Assembly (NCBI GenBank): GCA_963744145.1
Contig: CAVUSO010000001.1
Coordinates: forward strand, 2,688,001 to 2,752,000
Source of the DNA: an uncultured cyanobacterium
GTDB lineage: Bacteria > Cyanobacteriota > Cyanobacteriia > Cyanobacteriales > CAWUOF01
DNA: 64,000 bases
Direction: 5' to 3'
Shown: positions 29,485 to 39,945 of the stretch, piece after piece
Layout of the letters: each line of letters begins with the position of its first letter
How positions within the stretch are numbered: position 1 is the first letter of the stretch
Notes under the pieces: generated by a model
Database searches by the model: none
Told to the model about the DNA's origin: nothing
The model's input: only the letters and a program-made list of their open reading frames with translations
Translations under genes and position numbers: made by a program

Positions 29485-30609
29485 ATGAGTATAGAACAAG
29501 AATTAATTGCCCTGGTAGAAGCATTACGGATTCCTCCATTAGATCCCCTATCTCCCCCAGATTATTCCCTGGTAGAAGCATTACGGATTCCTGTATTAGA
29601 CCCCCTATCTCCCCCAGATTGGAAGGATTGGTATCACTTTATTGTGATCAATAAACTAACGGGAATGCGATCGCTGATCAATATCAACATGATGGGGAGA
29701 CCAGAACAAGGAGAAATTCAAGTTACCTTGATTGTTAACTTACCTTCAGAGCAACTTCCCGAACCTATTCGACCCCATACCACTTTAGCGACCTTTTCCC
29801 AAGTATTTTCCCTCCAATGGAAACTAGGGATAGTCCGTCAATTTCCGTTTCAATTACAAGGAGATCAGGTTCATTTAGAGATTAATGAGGGAAATTATAT
29901 CGTCGAAGTTAGTGATCCGCGATCGCAAATATCGATTAGTTTTCAAGGAGAAGCACGAGCAACACCATTATTAGTTACAGAAGCTTCACCATTTGGAAGT
30001 GGTTTCATTGGTTGGGGTTTAGTCCCAGGTTTTGCAGTAGTTGGGGAATTATTAATTGGAGGAAATTCTTACAGTTTAGATCAAAATTGTTTTGGGTATC
30101 ACGATCATAATTTTGGTCGATTTCGCTGGGGTGAAGATATTGGTTGGGAGTGGTTTGTAGTAACAGCTACTTGTCCAGACGGTAGAGAAATTACTCTAAT
30201 TTTAGACCAACGTACTAATAAAGATCACTCAGCCCGAGGTTTAGCCTATATCTTTGTTTATATTGATCATAAATTGAGAAAAATATTTTTGGGTAATAGT
30301 ATTAGAATTGATTGGAATTGGTCTAATTCGATTGAAAAACCCTTACGTTTACCAGGAATTATGGCTTCCCTATTTTCTCATCGAAGTGCAAGAATCCCCC
30401 AAAATTTGCAAATTGAAGCAGCAGATGACCAAGATGATCTATCAATGCAGGTGAATTTTGATGGGATGATTGAACTAATTGTACCTGATAATCAAGCCCG
30501 TCAATATACCTTCATTGAAGAATTGACTGGTGAGATTGAAGTTAGTCTGTCTCTGAAGGATGAATCCTATCAAGGTCAAGGGTTTATTTACGCTGAATAT
30601 GTGCATTAA
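29485..30609 (+). CDS. Tocopherol-cyclase / CrtC / AttH-like lipocalin-fold enzyme (putative)
   Basis: WKDWYHF, GYHDHNFGRFRWG..GWEW motifs typical of the superfamily. Confidence 0.6.
   Translation: MSIEQELIALVEALRIPPLDPLSPPDYSLVEALRIPVLDPLSPPDWKDWYHFIVINKLTGMRSLININMMGRPEQGEIQVTLIVNLPSEQLPEPIRPHTTLATFSQVFSLQWKLGIVRQFPFQLQGDQVHLEINEGNYIVEVSDPRSQISISFQGEARATPLLVTEASPFGSGFIGWGLVPGFAVVGELLIGGNSYSLDQNCFGYHDHNFGRFRWGEDIGWEWFVVTATCPDGREITLILDQRTNKDHSARGLAYIFVYIDHKLRKIFLGNSIRIDWNWSNSIEKPLRLPGIMASLFSHRSARIPQNLQIEAADDQDDLSMQVNFDGMIELIVPDNQARQYTFIEELTGEIEVSLSLKDESYQGQGFIYAEYVH
29510..29620 (+). repeat. 57-nt tandem duplication in the 5' end of the gene
   Basis: LVEALRIPPLDPLSPPDY / LVEALRIPVLDPLSPPDW. 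Confidence 0.9.
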
Positions 30610-30712
30610 TACTTAATACCAATTTAATGTGAAGTTGCATAGATTTACAATCCCCCTCGTATCCCTCTTCAAAAGGGTAAGGCTGTTTCATGCTCGATTC
30701 TCATATAATCTC

Positions 30713-30753
30713 GACCTAACCCCCCAACCCCCTTCCCTACAAGGGAAGGGGGG
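30713..30753. repeat. Cyanobacterial dispersed REP-like repeat
   Basis: Near-identical to 13151-13192. Confidence 0.8.
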
Positions 30754-30892
30754 GTAATTAAGATGATTAAATTGATGGAAGATTGAATAGCGGGTCAATC
30801 TTGCACCCCTTTCCTATGGGTCGAGGGGTTGAGGGAGAGGTGGTTCTGGTGGGATAAAACCGTACTGCTACTGATAGCGCAGAGTGCAAAAG

Positions 30893-30997
30893 CTACTCTT
30901 CACTACCTTGTAGTTTGAGGAGCAGATAACCTGCGGATAATCCGATCAGTGTTAAAGTAAAGCACAAGAAAGCCACACTAAAGATTTCAGCGCCCAT
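30893..30997 (-). CDS. petM: Cytochrome b6f complex subunit VII PetM
   Basis: Manual translation MGAEIFSVAFLCFTLTLIGLSAGYLLLKLQGSEE (34 aa) with AGGAG RBS; divergent from pdxA. Confidence 0.9.
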   Translation of the reverse strand: MGAEIFSVAFLCFTLTLIGLSAGYLLLKLQGSEE

Positions 30998-31196
30998 TTT
31001 TTCTCCTTGGTGGATAGTCTTAAATTGAGGACAAAATTAATTTTCATCTCATCTCAATTTACTATGAAAGGATGTATTGCTATCTATGTCTAATCAAGAT
31101 CCCTTCTCAGTCAGTCCAGTTTCCTTACCAGTTGGCCCTGAAAGAGAAATGGGGCGATCGCCTGACTAGGCTGGTATAATACTAATTTAGGATAAA

Positions 31197-32267
31197 ATGA
31201 AAAATTTAGCCGCTAATCATAATTTACATTTAGCCGTGACTCTGGGAGATCCAGCGGGAATTGGACCAGAAGTAGTATTAAAAGCTTTAGCTGATCGAAC
31301 GCTCACATCTAATCGTCAAGTTACGGTGATTGGTAGTCGAGCAGTATTAGAAAAAACCTATCATCATCTCAAATCTGGTTGTCAACCTTTAGCAGATCCA
31401 GCCGAATTAAATATTTGCGATGTGGATTTTGAGGGAATTAGAGGAAATTTTGTGCTAGGAAGTGGAAACGAAACCAGTGGAGCAGCTAGTTTTGCTTATT
31501 TAGAAACAGCAATTGCAGCTACTTTAGCAGGAAACTTTCACGGCATCGTCACTGGACCAATTTCTAAAACTTACTGGCAAGCAGCCGGTCATTTTTATCC
31601 TGGTCAAACCGAACTTTTAGCCGAGAAAGCAAAAGTAAAGGAATATGGGATGTTATTTGTAGCGCGATCGCCTATTTCTGGTTGGGTCTTAAGAACATTA
31701 CTAGCTACTACTCATGTTCCTTTATGTCAAGTATCAGGAATATTAACCTGGGATTTATTAAGTAGTAAATTGGGATTATTAGTGAAGAGTTTACAGCAAG
31801 ATTTTGGGATTGTAACACCGAGAATCGCGATCGCCGGATTAAATCCCCACAGTGGAGAAAATGGTCAACTAGGATGGGAAGAAAAAGACTTAATTATTCC
31901 TTGGTTAGAATGGGAGCGGGTCCAGAAACCGGATTTAATTCTAGAGGGTCCAATTCCACCAGATACGATGTGGGTTAAACCCGGACAAGCTTGGAATGGT
32001 GCAATTAATAGCGATCGGGATGGATATTTAGCGATGTATCATGATCAAGGTTTAATTCCAGTGAAGTTAATGGCTTTCGATCGCGCAGTTAACACTACGA
32101 TTGGGTTACCATTTGTACGGACATCTCCTGATCATGGTACAGCTTTTGATATTGCAGGTAAAGGTATTGCTGATGCTGCTAGTATGAAAGCTGCGTTAGA
32201 ATTAGCTGGGGAGTTAGTGAAGCAGCGTCTTGGTAATTGCCCCATCATACCGACTAAACTCCCTTAA
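31197..32267 (+). CDS. pdxA: 4-hydroxythreonine-4-phosphate dehydrogenase
   Basis: [45 protein letters not shown]. Confidence 0.96.
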   Translation: MKNLAANHNLHLAVTLGDPAGIGPEVVLKALADRTLTSNRQVTVIGSRAVLEKTYHHLKSGCQPLADPAELNICDVDFEGIRGNFVLGSGNETSGAASFAYLETAIAATLAGNFHGIVTGPISKTYWQAAGHFYPGQTELLAEKAKVKEYGMLFVARSPISGWVLRTLLATTHVPLCQVSGILTWDLLSSKLGLLVKSLQQDFGIVTPRIAIAGLNPHSGENGQLGWEEKDLIIPWLEWERVQKPDLILEGPIPPDTMWVKPGQAWNGAINSDRDGYLAMYHDQGLIPVKLMAFDRAVNTTIGLPFVRTSPDHGTAFDIAGKGIADAASMKAALELAGELVKQRLGNCPIIPTKLP

Positions 32268-32353
32268 TATTCGAGTTTATTTGCGGTAGATGAGGGTTGA
32301 CTATTGTTACTTTATGCTAGTTAGATCACCAGATAATTTCCCTTAGACAAGAG

Positions 32354-32626
32354 TTAGTTCTGAGATGGTTTTTCTAGCGATCGACGGAGCTTGTCTAGTT
32401 CAATATTTAAGATCACAGCAATATCTTCAATTTTAAACCCCCGTTCTAGTAAGAGATTTCCAATTTCTAACTTAGCCAATTCGCGAATTTCTTCACTAAT
32501 TTCTTCGCGAATTTCTTGGTAAATTCTTGTCTGTTTTAAATCTCCGAGTTCCAGCATTTCTTCCAACTCCTTACGGCTTTTTAAGGAAAACTTATAAAAT
32601 ACCACTCTTTCAATCAAGTCTATCAC
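32354..32626 (-). pseudogene. C-terminal fragment of an Rpn / DUF2887-family protein
   Basis: LIERVVFYKF..SRKELEEML..DLKQTRIYQE tail; nuclease N-terminus absent. Confidence 0.65.
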
Positions 32627-33020
32627 ATCTCGCTGGATTTCAACATCAGCTAAAAATTTTAGCAGTTCCTGATCATTGTGATGGGAGTCGTTAACTGACG
32701 ATCGCCACTAGGAATCGCGATCGCTTTAACTTGAGCAACAAATTTTCCATTATTGTAGGGGCGGGTTCACCAGTAACTTCCAACTTTACCAACTAATAAT
32801 AAAAACCCGCCCCCACCCACAGATCAATCGTCAACAGCTCAATCTGATATTTAATTTATCTTCATTATGAATTGGGATAATATTTACCCTTGATCTGAAA
32901 AACTAGATATTAAAATAAATCTCAACGATCAGTTTAGGGCGATCGCTGAGATTTATTTGGATGAAGTTAGCAAATACTATGTCGCCTAACTGCTTCCAGG
33001 TTTAATCTATTTAGTAAATC

Positions 33021-33320
33021 CTAGGAAGATTTGTTGATATTTTTATTCACAATCTCCGTTGGTTCATAAACTTTATTGAGATTCATGGTTGGGGTTAATG
33101 GGTATACTTTAGCTTCTACAGATTGTGTAGCTGAAGCTACTCGCACTGCTTTAGCCCGGATAATTTTAGTGGTAATTGCAGCCGTTTCCAATTGGGGCTC
33201 TTTTATTTCTGGCGCATCAACCATGGAAATATCCGGAACATTAGATGATACCTCAGAGCGATCGCTAACTAACCAACACTCGATGGCAAACAGGACAACA
33301 AACAAAACTATGCCAAACAT
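33021..33320 (-). CDS. Small hypothetical membrane-anchored protein
   Basis: AGGAG RBS before ATG; N-terminal hydrophobic helix. Confidence 0.55.
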   Translation of the reverse strand: MFGIVLFVVLFAIECWLVSDRSEVSSNVPDISMVDAPEIKEPQLETAAITTKIIRAKAVRVASATQSVEAKVYPLTPTMNLNKVYEPTEIVNKNINKSS

Positions 33321-33562
33321 TATTAAACTCCTGTACTGATGGGGTCAAGTCAGGAAAACTAATCCCTCAGATGTAAACATTTAATTGGGTAATAAGCGTC
33401 AAGAGCAAAACTTATATACTGTTAGGTATATGAGCTGCTGATTTTAGGTTACAAGATATTTTAACCTTGAGAAAATCAGATTTCCAATATAATAAAAGAT
33501 TTAAAAGGGAAAACTGAACTGAAGTAGAACCTGACAAGCATGATCCTGGGAGTCAAAATAGC

Positions 33563-34180
33563 GTGATGGACGCGAAGAAATTTTTTGAGTTAAGTGCGGG
33601 TAAATGGCGATCGCTACGAACGACCCATCATCTTGCCTTTAGAAGGGCAGAACTGGGAGAATCGGTGATCGAGGTAAAAGATATATCACCAGAATCACCC
33701 GATGTATTGGAAATTTGCCAATTACATCAGATCGATCCCCAACAAGCAGTGAGTGCAGCCCTAGTTACTTGGGAAGCATCAATGGCATGGGACAAAGATG
33801 ATGAAAATCATTCTGGCTCAACGCTGATGGTCATTGTCCCCAATCCAGACAATCCGAGGGAGGGACAATTACTACGGGAAAGAGGATATGCGGAAATTGC
33901 CCCAGTCGCTGGTCAATTTCAGATGGATGAGAAAGAGGGAATGGTTTTGATTACGGAATATGAAACAATGAGTTCCATAGAGCGGTTCTGGTTTCCTAGC
34001 CCTAACATCCGAATGCGAACTAGCACAGTCAAGCGATTTGGGGGATTCAGCACAGCATCATTCTGTACCGAAAGCCGGATTGAATCTGACCCATCCTTGG
34101 GAAATCAGTTAGATGCGGTTTCGAGTTCAACACCACAAGCACATTCTGGTCATCAGTTTTACTCAGTTTTAGGCTGGTAA
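33563..34180 (+). CDS. cpcS: Phycobiliprotein lyase, CpcS/CpeS family
   Basis: FFELSAGKWRSLRTTHHLAF, LLRERGYAE, ERFWF, ASFCTESR. Confidence 0.9.
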   Translation: MMDAKKFFELSAGKWRSLRTTHHLAFRRAELGESVIEVKDISPESPDVLEICQLHQIDPQQAVSAALVTWEASMAWDKDDENHSGSTLMVIVPNPDNPREGQLLRERGYAEIAPVAGQFQMDEKEGMVLITEYETMSSIERFWFPSPNIRMRTSTVKRFGGFSTASFCTESRIESDPSLGNQLDAVSSSTPQAHSGHQFYSVLGW

Positions 34181-34322
34181 GACAGAAAAATGTTACAGAT
34201 TGTTGCTTGAATTAAGAAAGATGAAACGAAGGTCGCCCTAATCCACTACGCTAGGGGTTGGCTAGTTTAAGCAGTCTGCTTTTGACCGATCGCTTGAAAA
34301 GTTTGAGATTATGGAGATTTAG

Positions 34323-35084
34323 ATGTCACTTCCTTTATTAAGTTATTCCCCATCAAGCCAAAATCAGCGCGTTGCTGGATATGAAAAGTTTGGTGAAGAA
34401 CAGCCCCGGATTTATACCACCGATAACGTTCCCTCACCAACAGAAATCGATGAGTTGATTTGGGCTGCCTATCGGCAAGTTTTTAGCGAACACCAAATGA
34501 TCAAAAGCAATCGCCAAGAGATTTTGGAATCTCAGCTAAAATATGGTCAGATTACCGTGCGTGATTTTATTCGGGGTTTAGTGACCAGCGGATCTTTCCA
34601 ACGTCTGAATTATGACCCAAATAGCAATTATCGTGTGGTGGAATTAATCGTCCAACGTCTGCTGGGACGAGATGTTTACAGCGAACGGGAAAAAATTGCT
34701 TGGTCAATTGTACTCGTGAATAAGGGATTATTAGGCTTTGTCAACGATATTCTCGATAGTGACGAGTATTTAAGCAACTTTGGTGATAATACAGTTCCCT
34801 ATCAGCGTCGGCGGATTTTGCCTCAGCAAGCTAAGGGAGAAGTACCCTTTAATTTGAAGACTCCTCGTTATGACGGTTACTATCGTGCTCAACTTGGATT
34901 CCCCCAAATCATTTGGCAAAACGAAGTTCGTCGGTTCGTTCCTCAAGACAAGAAAGCCAAAGCAGGCGATCCGATAAACTTCTTAGACTTGGCAAAAGCG
35001 ATTGCACCAAAAGGCAATCCAGTTCCTCGTGTTTCTGCCCAAAATATTGATATTGAGGCTACTGTACCTTATCGTCGTCGCTAA
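34323..35084 (+). CDS. cpcG: Phycobilisome rod-core linker polypeptide
   Basis: [50 protein letters not shown]; hydrophilic C-terminus. Confidence 0.95.
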   Translation: MSLPLLSYSPSSQNQRVAGYEKFGEEQPRIYTTDNVPSPTEIDELIWAAYRQVFSEHQMIKSNRQEILESQLKYGQITVRDFIRGLVTSGSFQRLNYDPNSNYRVVELIVQRLLGRDVYSEREKIAWSIVLVNKGLLGFVNDILDSDEYLSNFGDNTVPYQRRRILPQQAKGEVPFNLKTPRYDGYYRAQLGFPQIIWQNEVRRFVPQDKKAKAGDPINFLDLAKAIAPKGNPVPRVSAQNIDIEATVPYRRR

Positions 35085-35115
35085 TATTTCAGCACTGAAT
35101 TAATTGTTTTTATTG

Positions 35116-35187
35116 CTAGGGGCAAAGAATTCTTGGGCAATGAGATGGTTTAATCCTGATTTTGACCTAAGAATATTTTGCCCCTAG
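35116..35187. terminator. REP-like inverted repeat between convergent cpcG and rluD
   Basis: CTAGGGGCAAA...TTTGCCCCTAG. Confidence 0.55.
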
Positions 35188-35192
35188 ATTTT

Positions 35193-36119
35193 TTAAGCAT
35201 AGGACCTTCTGCGTAATACTTCTAAGAGAGTGGTAAACTCCTGGGGCAAAGGAGCGATCGCTTCAATCCATGCTTTAGTGACAGGATGTTGTAATCTTAA
35301 ACATCGAGCGTGGAGAGCTTGTCCGGTCAGATTAACTCCAATATCTCGACCATGACTATAGAGTGGATCACCAACAATTGGATGTCCAATAAAAGCACTG
35401 TGAACTCGAATTTGATGAGTTCTGCCAGTTTCTAATTGAAAACGTAGTAAAGTATAGTTGCCTAATCGTTCCTGAATTTGCCAATGAGTGATGGAAAAAC
35501 GTCCTCCTTGTTCTAGGGGAACTACAGCGTTTTTTTGGCGATCGCGAGGATGACGACCAATGGGTTGATCGATTTTTCCGCTTTCGGTTTTCGGGACACC
35601 ATAAACTATACCTAAATATTCACGACGGGCTGTTTTTGCTTTGAATTGAGCTTGGAGATTTTCATGAGCTAAATCAGTTTTCGCGATCGCGATCGCTCCA
35701 GTAGTATTTTGATCAAGTCGATGCACAATTCCTGGTCGATACACCCCACCAATACTCGATAAGGGACAATAAGCTAACAGTGCATTGACTAAAGTTCCAT
35801 TTAGATGACCCGCAGATGGATGAACTACTAAACCAGCAGGTTTATTGATGATGAGTAGTTGTTCATCTTCATACAGAATATCAAGGGGAATATTTTCTGG
35901 TTTTGCTGTTGCGGCTTGGGGTTCAGGAATGATAATATGAATGCGATCGCGATTTTTTACTTGGTAGTTCTTAGTTGATTGGATTTGTTCATTAACTTGC
36001 ACACAACCTTGTTCAATTAGCTTTTGAATACGCGATCGAGATAGCTGAGGTAATTCCGTGGCTATATAAGTGTCAAGACGATCGCTAGTTTGGTCTACTT
36101 CGAGATGAAATTCGTTCAC
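35193..36119 (-). CDS. rluD: RluA/RluD-family pseudouridine synthase
   Basis: S4 domain, INKPAGLVVHP, VHRLDQNTTG, LETGRTHQIRVH, PIVGDPLY. Confidence 0.9.
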   Translation of the reverse strand: MNEFHLEVDQTSDRLDTYIATELPQLSRSRIQKLIEQGCVQVNEQIQSTKNYQVKNRDRIHIIIPEPQAATAKPENIPLDILYEDEQLLIINKPAGLVVHPSAGHLNGTLVNALLAYCPLSSIGGVYRPGIVHRLDQNTTGAIAIAKTDLAHENLQAQFKAKTARREYLGIVYGVPKTESGKIDQPIGRHPRDRQKNAVVPLEQGGRFSITHWQIQERLGNYTLLRFQLETGRTHQIRVHSAFIGHPIVGDPLYSHGRDIGVNLTGQALHARCLRLQHPVTKAWIEAIAPLPQEFTTLLEVLRRRSYA

Positions 36120-36316
36120 AATAGATTTGAGATTAATATCTAAATTATAGCAATTTCGGCAATTATTTTTCTAGTCAAATTAAACTTTTTTCGAGGCTAA
36201 TTTTTCATTAACTGACCTTTATTATAATAGAAAGCTAGCAATAGTAGACAACTATAGTAATTCTATTAAAAGTTTTCGTCTGTCTGCTGTTTTGCTAGCT
36301 AGGTAGCAAAAACAAA

Positions 36317-37150
36317 CTACTTCATTGGTGATTTACCTAAGTTTTGAAGCTTTGTATTAAGTTGATCTTTTCGTTTTTGAAGCTTTTTGGGATGAACAAA
36401 CCTAAAATCAAACAGGTCATTCAATACTTCGATTAACCACTCTGCCTCACCTGTTTCAACAGCTACAATTTCACCAGTATTTGTATCTTTCATGGGATGA
36501 GCAGCAAGGTTTCCAATCTGTCTTATAGCATCTACTGCATCGGTTAAGTAAGATGGAATGCCAGGTATTGTTATAAAAACATTAATTTCGCTAGCCAGAC
36601 TCTTGTCACGTACAGCAATATTATATTCATCTCTAAGGATATTTTGAAGGATTCGTCTACTAAGCGCAGCACTTGCCATAGGACTTACATGAAGCACCAT
36701 TACTGCTTCACGAAAATCACCTGCATATTTCTCAGGTACTTCAGGAGGAAGAACAACTTTTTTCATGTAAGGATAGATTGAGATTACTTTTCCACCAAAT
36801 GACAAATCGAAAACATCATACGTCGCATTATCTATCGGACTGATAATAATTGCTTGTGCTTGCACAAATATAGTCTGATCACAACTAGGACAACTACAAA
36901 TAAAATCAAACAACAAATTTTCAGGAGCATCAGAAACGTCACGAAACGTTATGCTATCTTCCTCATCAGTTTCAAAACGCTTAATTGAACTGTCTAGCCT
37001 CATAACTGAGTAAATTTGACAATGTGGACAAGTAAGAGATAATGACTTTGGTATTACATCTAATAACTTGAGATATGTATATCGGTAATCCCCGTCCATA
37101 TATTGGTTGCAGTATTCAGTTTTAAATTCAACATCGAATTTAGTCTTCAT
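36317..37150 (-). CDS. DUF4145 (HEPN-like) domain protein with N-terminal Zn ribbon
   Basis: CPHC..CPSC; FREA..SPMASAALSRRILQ, IRQIGNLAAH (RxxxNxxxH). Confidence 0.8.
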   Translation of the reverse strand: MKTKFDVEFKTEYCNQYMDGDYRYTYLKLLDVIPKSLSLTCPHCQIYSVMRLDSSIKRFETDEEDSITFRDVSDAPENLLFDFICSCPSCDQTIFVQAQAIIISPIDNATYDVFDLSFGGKVISIYPYMKKVVLPPEVPEKYAGDFREAVMVLHVSPMASAALSRRILQNILRDEYNIAVRDKSLASEINVFITIPGIPSYLTDAVDAIRQIGNLAAHPMKDTNTGEIVAVETGEAEWLIEVLNDLFDFRFVHPKKLQKRKDQLNTKLQNLGKSPMK

Positions 37151-38151
37151 ATTGTACCTTCTACTTCAAACCTATCAAATGTTTCTCTAATAACAACTAT
37201 GATTATCTTAAGGACTTGTCACTTGTCATTCCCTACCCATACATTTCAAAATTGCTCTGACCGGAAAGCATAATTGCTTATATTTCTGCCTTTAAGTATG
37301 CCCTTCTAGACAAAATTACGGACTAAATATTAATCATACTGCACTTCTGCACAATAGTTCATTATAAGTATTACATCGTAAGCATTATAATCTTTAAACT
37401 TAGATTTTTAAAGTTTACACAACTATATAGTACAGAATCCTGAAATACTTGTCAAGTGAGTAACAAGGTAAAAAATTCTGATCCATTGGCATTTTAGGAG
37501 AGCTGTCATTCAAACCATGCCCAAAAGTTTTATTCTGCCAATGAATCAACTACTTAACTTGGCATTAGCTATGTTCAGTCAAGTTGGAATGCTCGGTGGT
37601 ATTGTATCACTAGGTATCATAGGATTAACCTCAGATCCACTGAGCAAATATGGATTAACAACACTGCTTAAAACAATACTCCGGACAGTTTTTTCTACGA
37701 GGTGGTAAGCTTTACAGGGCACTAATACTGTTATGTGCCGATTTATTTACAGGTTAGCTCAGTAGCATACTTTGATAAAAATGGTCACAGTTATGAATGC
37801 TCTGGCTTTTAGCCGCTAAAAACCCCCAAAATTTTGTCCGCAGTATTGTTATTGAACAAATATAATAATGTCACTAAACTCATCTAAGCGTGTCTCCATT
37901 AAATTACCCTTGTAGTTTCTCAATAATATTTGAGTCATTCATTTGTTTACTCCTGGCTAATTTTCAAGAAATATAATCATACTTGATGAATTAGATGATC
38001 CAGTTAATACTTGATTGATATGAAATAGTATGTGCGATCGCATCCCCCAAAAATAAGCGGGCATTAAATGAAAAAATCAACCAGATGGGCTTTGTGCCGA
38101 AGAGGTAAGAGAAAATCGGTTTATACTGGAAAATATCAAGCAGGAATTGGT

Positions 38152-38442
38152 ATGACACAAAGTATTAAGTTACGTTCTCGCGTCGGTGAAGATGGTATTT
38201 TACATTTGGACTTTCCGATTGGGTTAACTGATAGTGACTTGGAAGTAACGGTAACGTTTAAGAAAGTTACAACAGGGACGAAAACACCAGAAGAATTAGG
38301 CTGGGAACCGGGTTTCTTCGAGAGAACCTATGGGAGCTGTGCTGCTGATCCCATTGTCATTGATCATGATGGGATATCAGCAGAAGTGGATGATAATGTA
38401 GATGCTATCTCCATCATCAGGGGATCGCGATCGCCGCAATGA
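38152..38442 (+). CDS. Cyanobacterial putative antitoxin (orphan)
   Basis: MTQSIKLRSRVGEDGILHL...LGWEPGFFERTYGS, a family usually upstream of a PIN toxin; none follows here. Confidence 0.6.
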   Translation: MTQSIKLRSRVGEDGILHLDFPIGLTDSDLEVTVTFKKVTTGTKTPEELGWEPGFFERTYGSCAADPIVIDHDGISAEVDDNVDAISIIRGSRSPQ

Positions 38443-38481
38443 AACCACAAAAGAACGGACAGGATTAGTATGCTTTAGCAA

Positions 38482-38739
38482 CTACACTGATTCTAAATGT
38501 GTTACTGGAATTTGCTCAGTCCTTTCCGGTGATTTTGCTCCTGTTGCAATCTCATGAACCCTATGCAGAATGTTTGCTGAATAATACCGATTACCGCAAT
38601 TGTCACAGACTCCGATTGCTACATCCTCAAGAATAACAAATCCATCTCGATGCTTAAATGCCTCACGCTTGACTGTGCGGGGGTTAACTGTACCTTCGCA
38701 ATATTCACACCTGTATCCGTACATATCTCTAGCCCTCAA
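38482..38739 (-). CDS. YgiT-type (MqsA-like) zinc finger protein
   Basis: CEYC...VCDNCGNRYY. Confidence 0.85.
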   Translation of the reverse strand: MRARDMYGYRCEYCEGTVNPRTVKREAFKHRDGFVILEDVAIGVCDNCGNRYYSANILHRVHEIATGAKSPERTEQIPVTHLESV

Positions 38740-39025
38740 GTTCTGTAACTTCGTAAACTGTGATAATTAAATAGCGTCCGCTACTAGCGAAACGTCCAAC
38801 TACACCAACCGAAGTTTGTTGATCTAGCGCCATCCCCACTACTATATATTTTGTGCCTCTGGGGTCATCTTTTTCAACTCGAATAACTTGACCGTTTAAA
38901 ACAACTTCTTCCACATCTAAGATGGTCAGAAAATCTTCAGCCATTTCCTCCATTGCATGGGCTGACATATCGTATTGGCGTAGTCTAACTTTCTCTCTAA
39001 TTCGGTCAATGTCCCTACGAGGCAC
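38729..39025 (-). CDS. DUF4258 domain protein (putative RelE-like toxin)
   Basis: SAHAMEEM..DVEEVVLNG..DPRG..Y..IITVYE; overlaps the YgiT gene. Confidence 0.8.
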   Translation of the reverse strand: MPRRDIDRIREKVRLRQYDMSAHAMEEMAEDFLTILDVEEVVLNGQVIRVEKDDPRGTKYIVVGMALDQQTSVGVVGRFASSGRYLIITVYEVTELEG

Positions 39026-39945
39026 AAGCTTATTTCAATAACATCCTACCAATTATATCAAGATGCTTAGATGATAAAAGTTGTTGTAAGAAAGGAAGAT
39101 AACCCACGATCGCTAACCCACACAGAGGGGAAGTGTCACTCACAACAATCACAGCCATCCCTTCGCAGTCAAATTTTGGATATCTTCCTGCAATTCAACC
39201 ACATCATAATGAATATTGATCCCGCGATCGGCAATTAAGTGCTGAAAACGAATTTGCGACATATTTGGCATTAGTCCCTTCTGCTCTCGCTATTCCTACT
39301 GTCATGTGCCATACCATACTGAATACCACGACCACTTGAAACAAAGTGGCATATCTATATTGTTGTCTCTCCTCTTCTTCTCGTTTTCTCTTGGTTCTAC
39401 TCTTCTCGGTTCTCATTTGCCTCTTGCTCCTCTTCTTCGCTCTTATAGCTATTCTTTTGGTTTGCTGGTTTTGTAATCTTATCCTATCTCTATCTTTCTA
39501 TCCCACCGCAAATATGAGATGATCTATAAAGAGGGTTCTGGTCCTGAGAGTGCTATCTGCTTCCTCCCGTTGGTGGAATATAACTTGTATATACTCGTCA
39601 CAGGATATTATAACTATATTTGGGGATTAAAATTTATAAAATCGAAATTGTTGGTTGGTTTTGATGCTAATGGGTGGGATGGCGATCGCTGCCCCTAACC
39701 AAACCCTTGTATAACATATCCTATTTCTCGCTTGGTGGCGGATGGCGATTGCCAAATTGGTTCAAGAAATTAAAAATTACCAGTATCTCTAACAATGTCA
39801 GGAATCTCATATATACATCTCAAGCTATTTGAGATTGGTTGTTTATCTGCAATCATCTCGTTTTGACTATTAAATTTGTGGAGGCGATCGCTAATAATTA
39901 ATGATAAAATAGTTAAATTATCATCACCAGTTTACTGTATTTTTT

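Noticed and set aside
32755..32815. GTAGGGGCGGGTT...AACCCGCCCC hairpin (and a similar one at ~58908-58985) as ncRNA
   Set aside because: Matches the generic cyanobacterial REP-like dispersed repeat pattern
37200..38060. Small ORF 37517-37708 and a short interrupted minus-strand ORF near 37940
   Set aside because: No recognisable motifs; probably decayed sequence
39204..39500. Purine-rich minus-strand ORF 39204-39416
   Set aside because: Low complexity with stops in all upstream frames; likely a gene remnant, no family recognised
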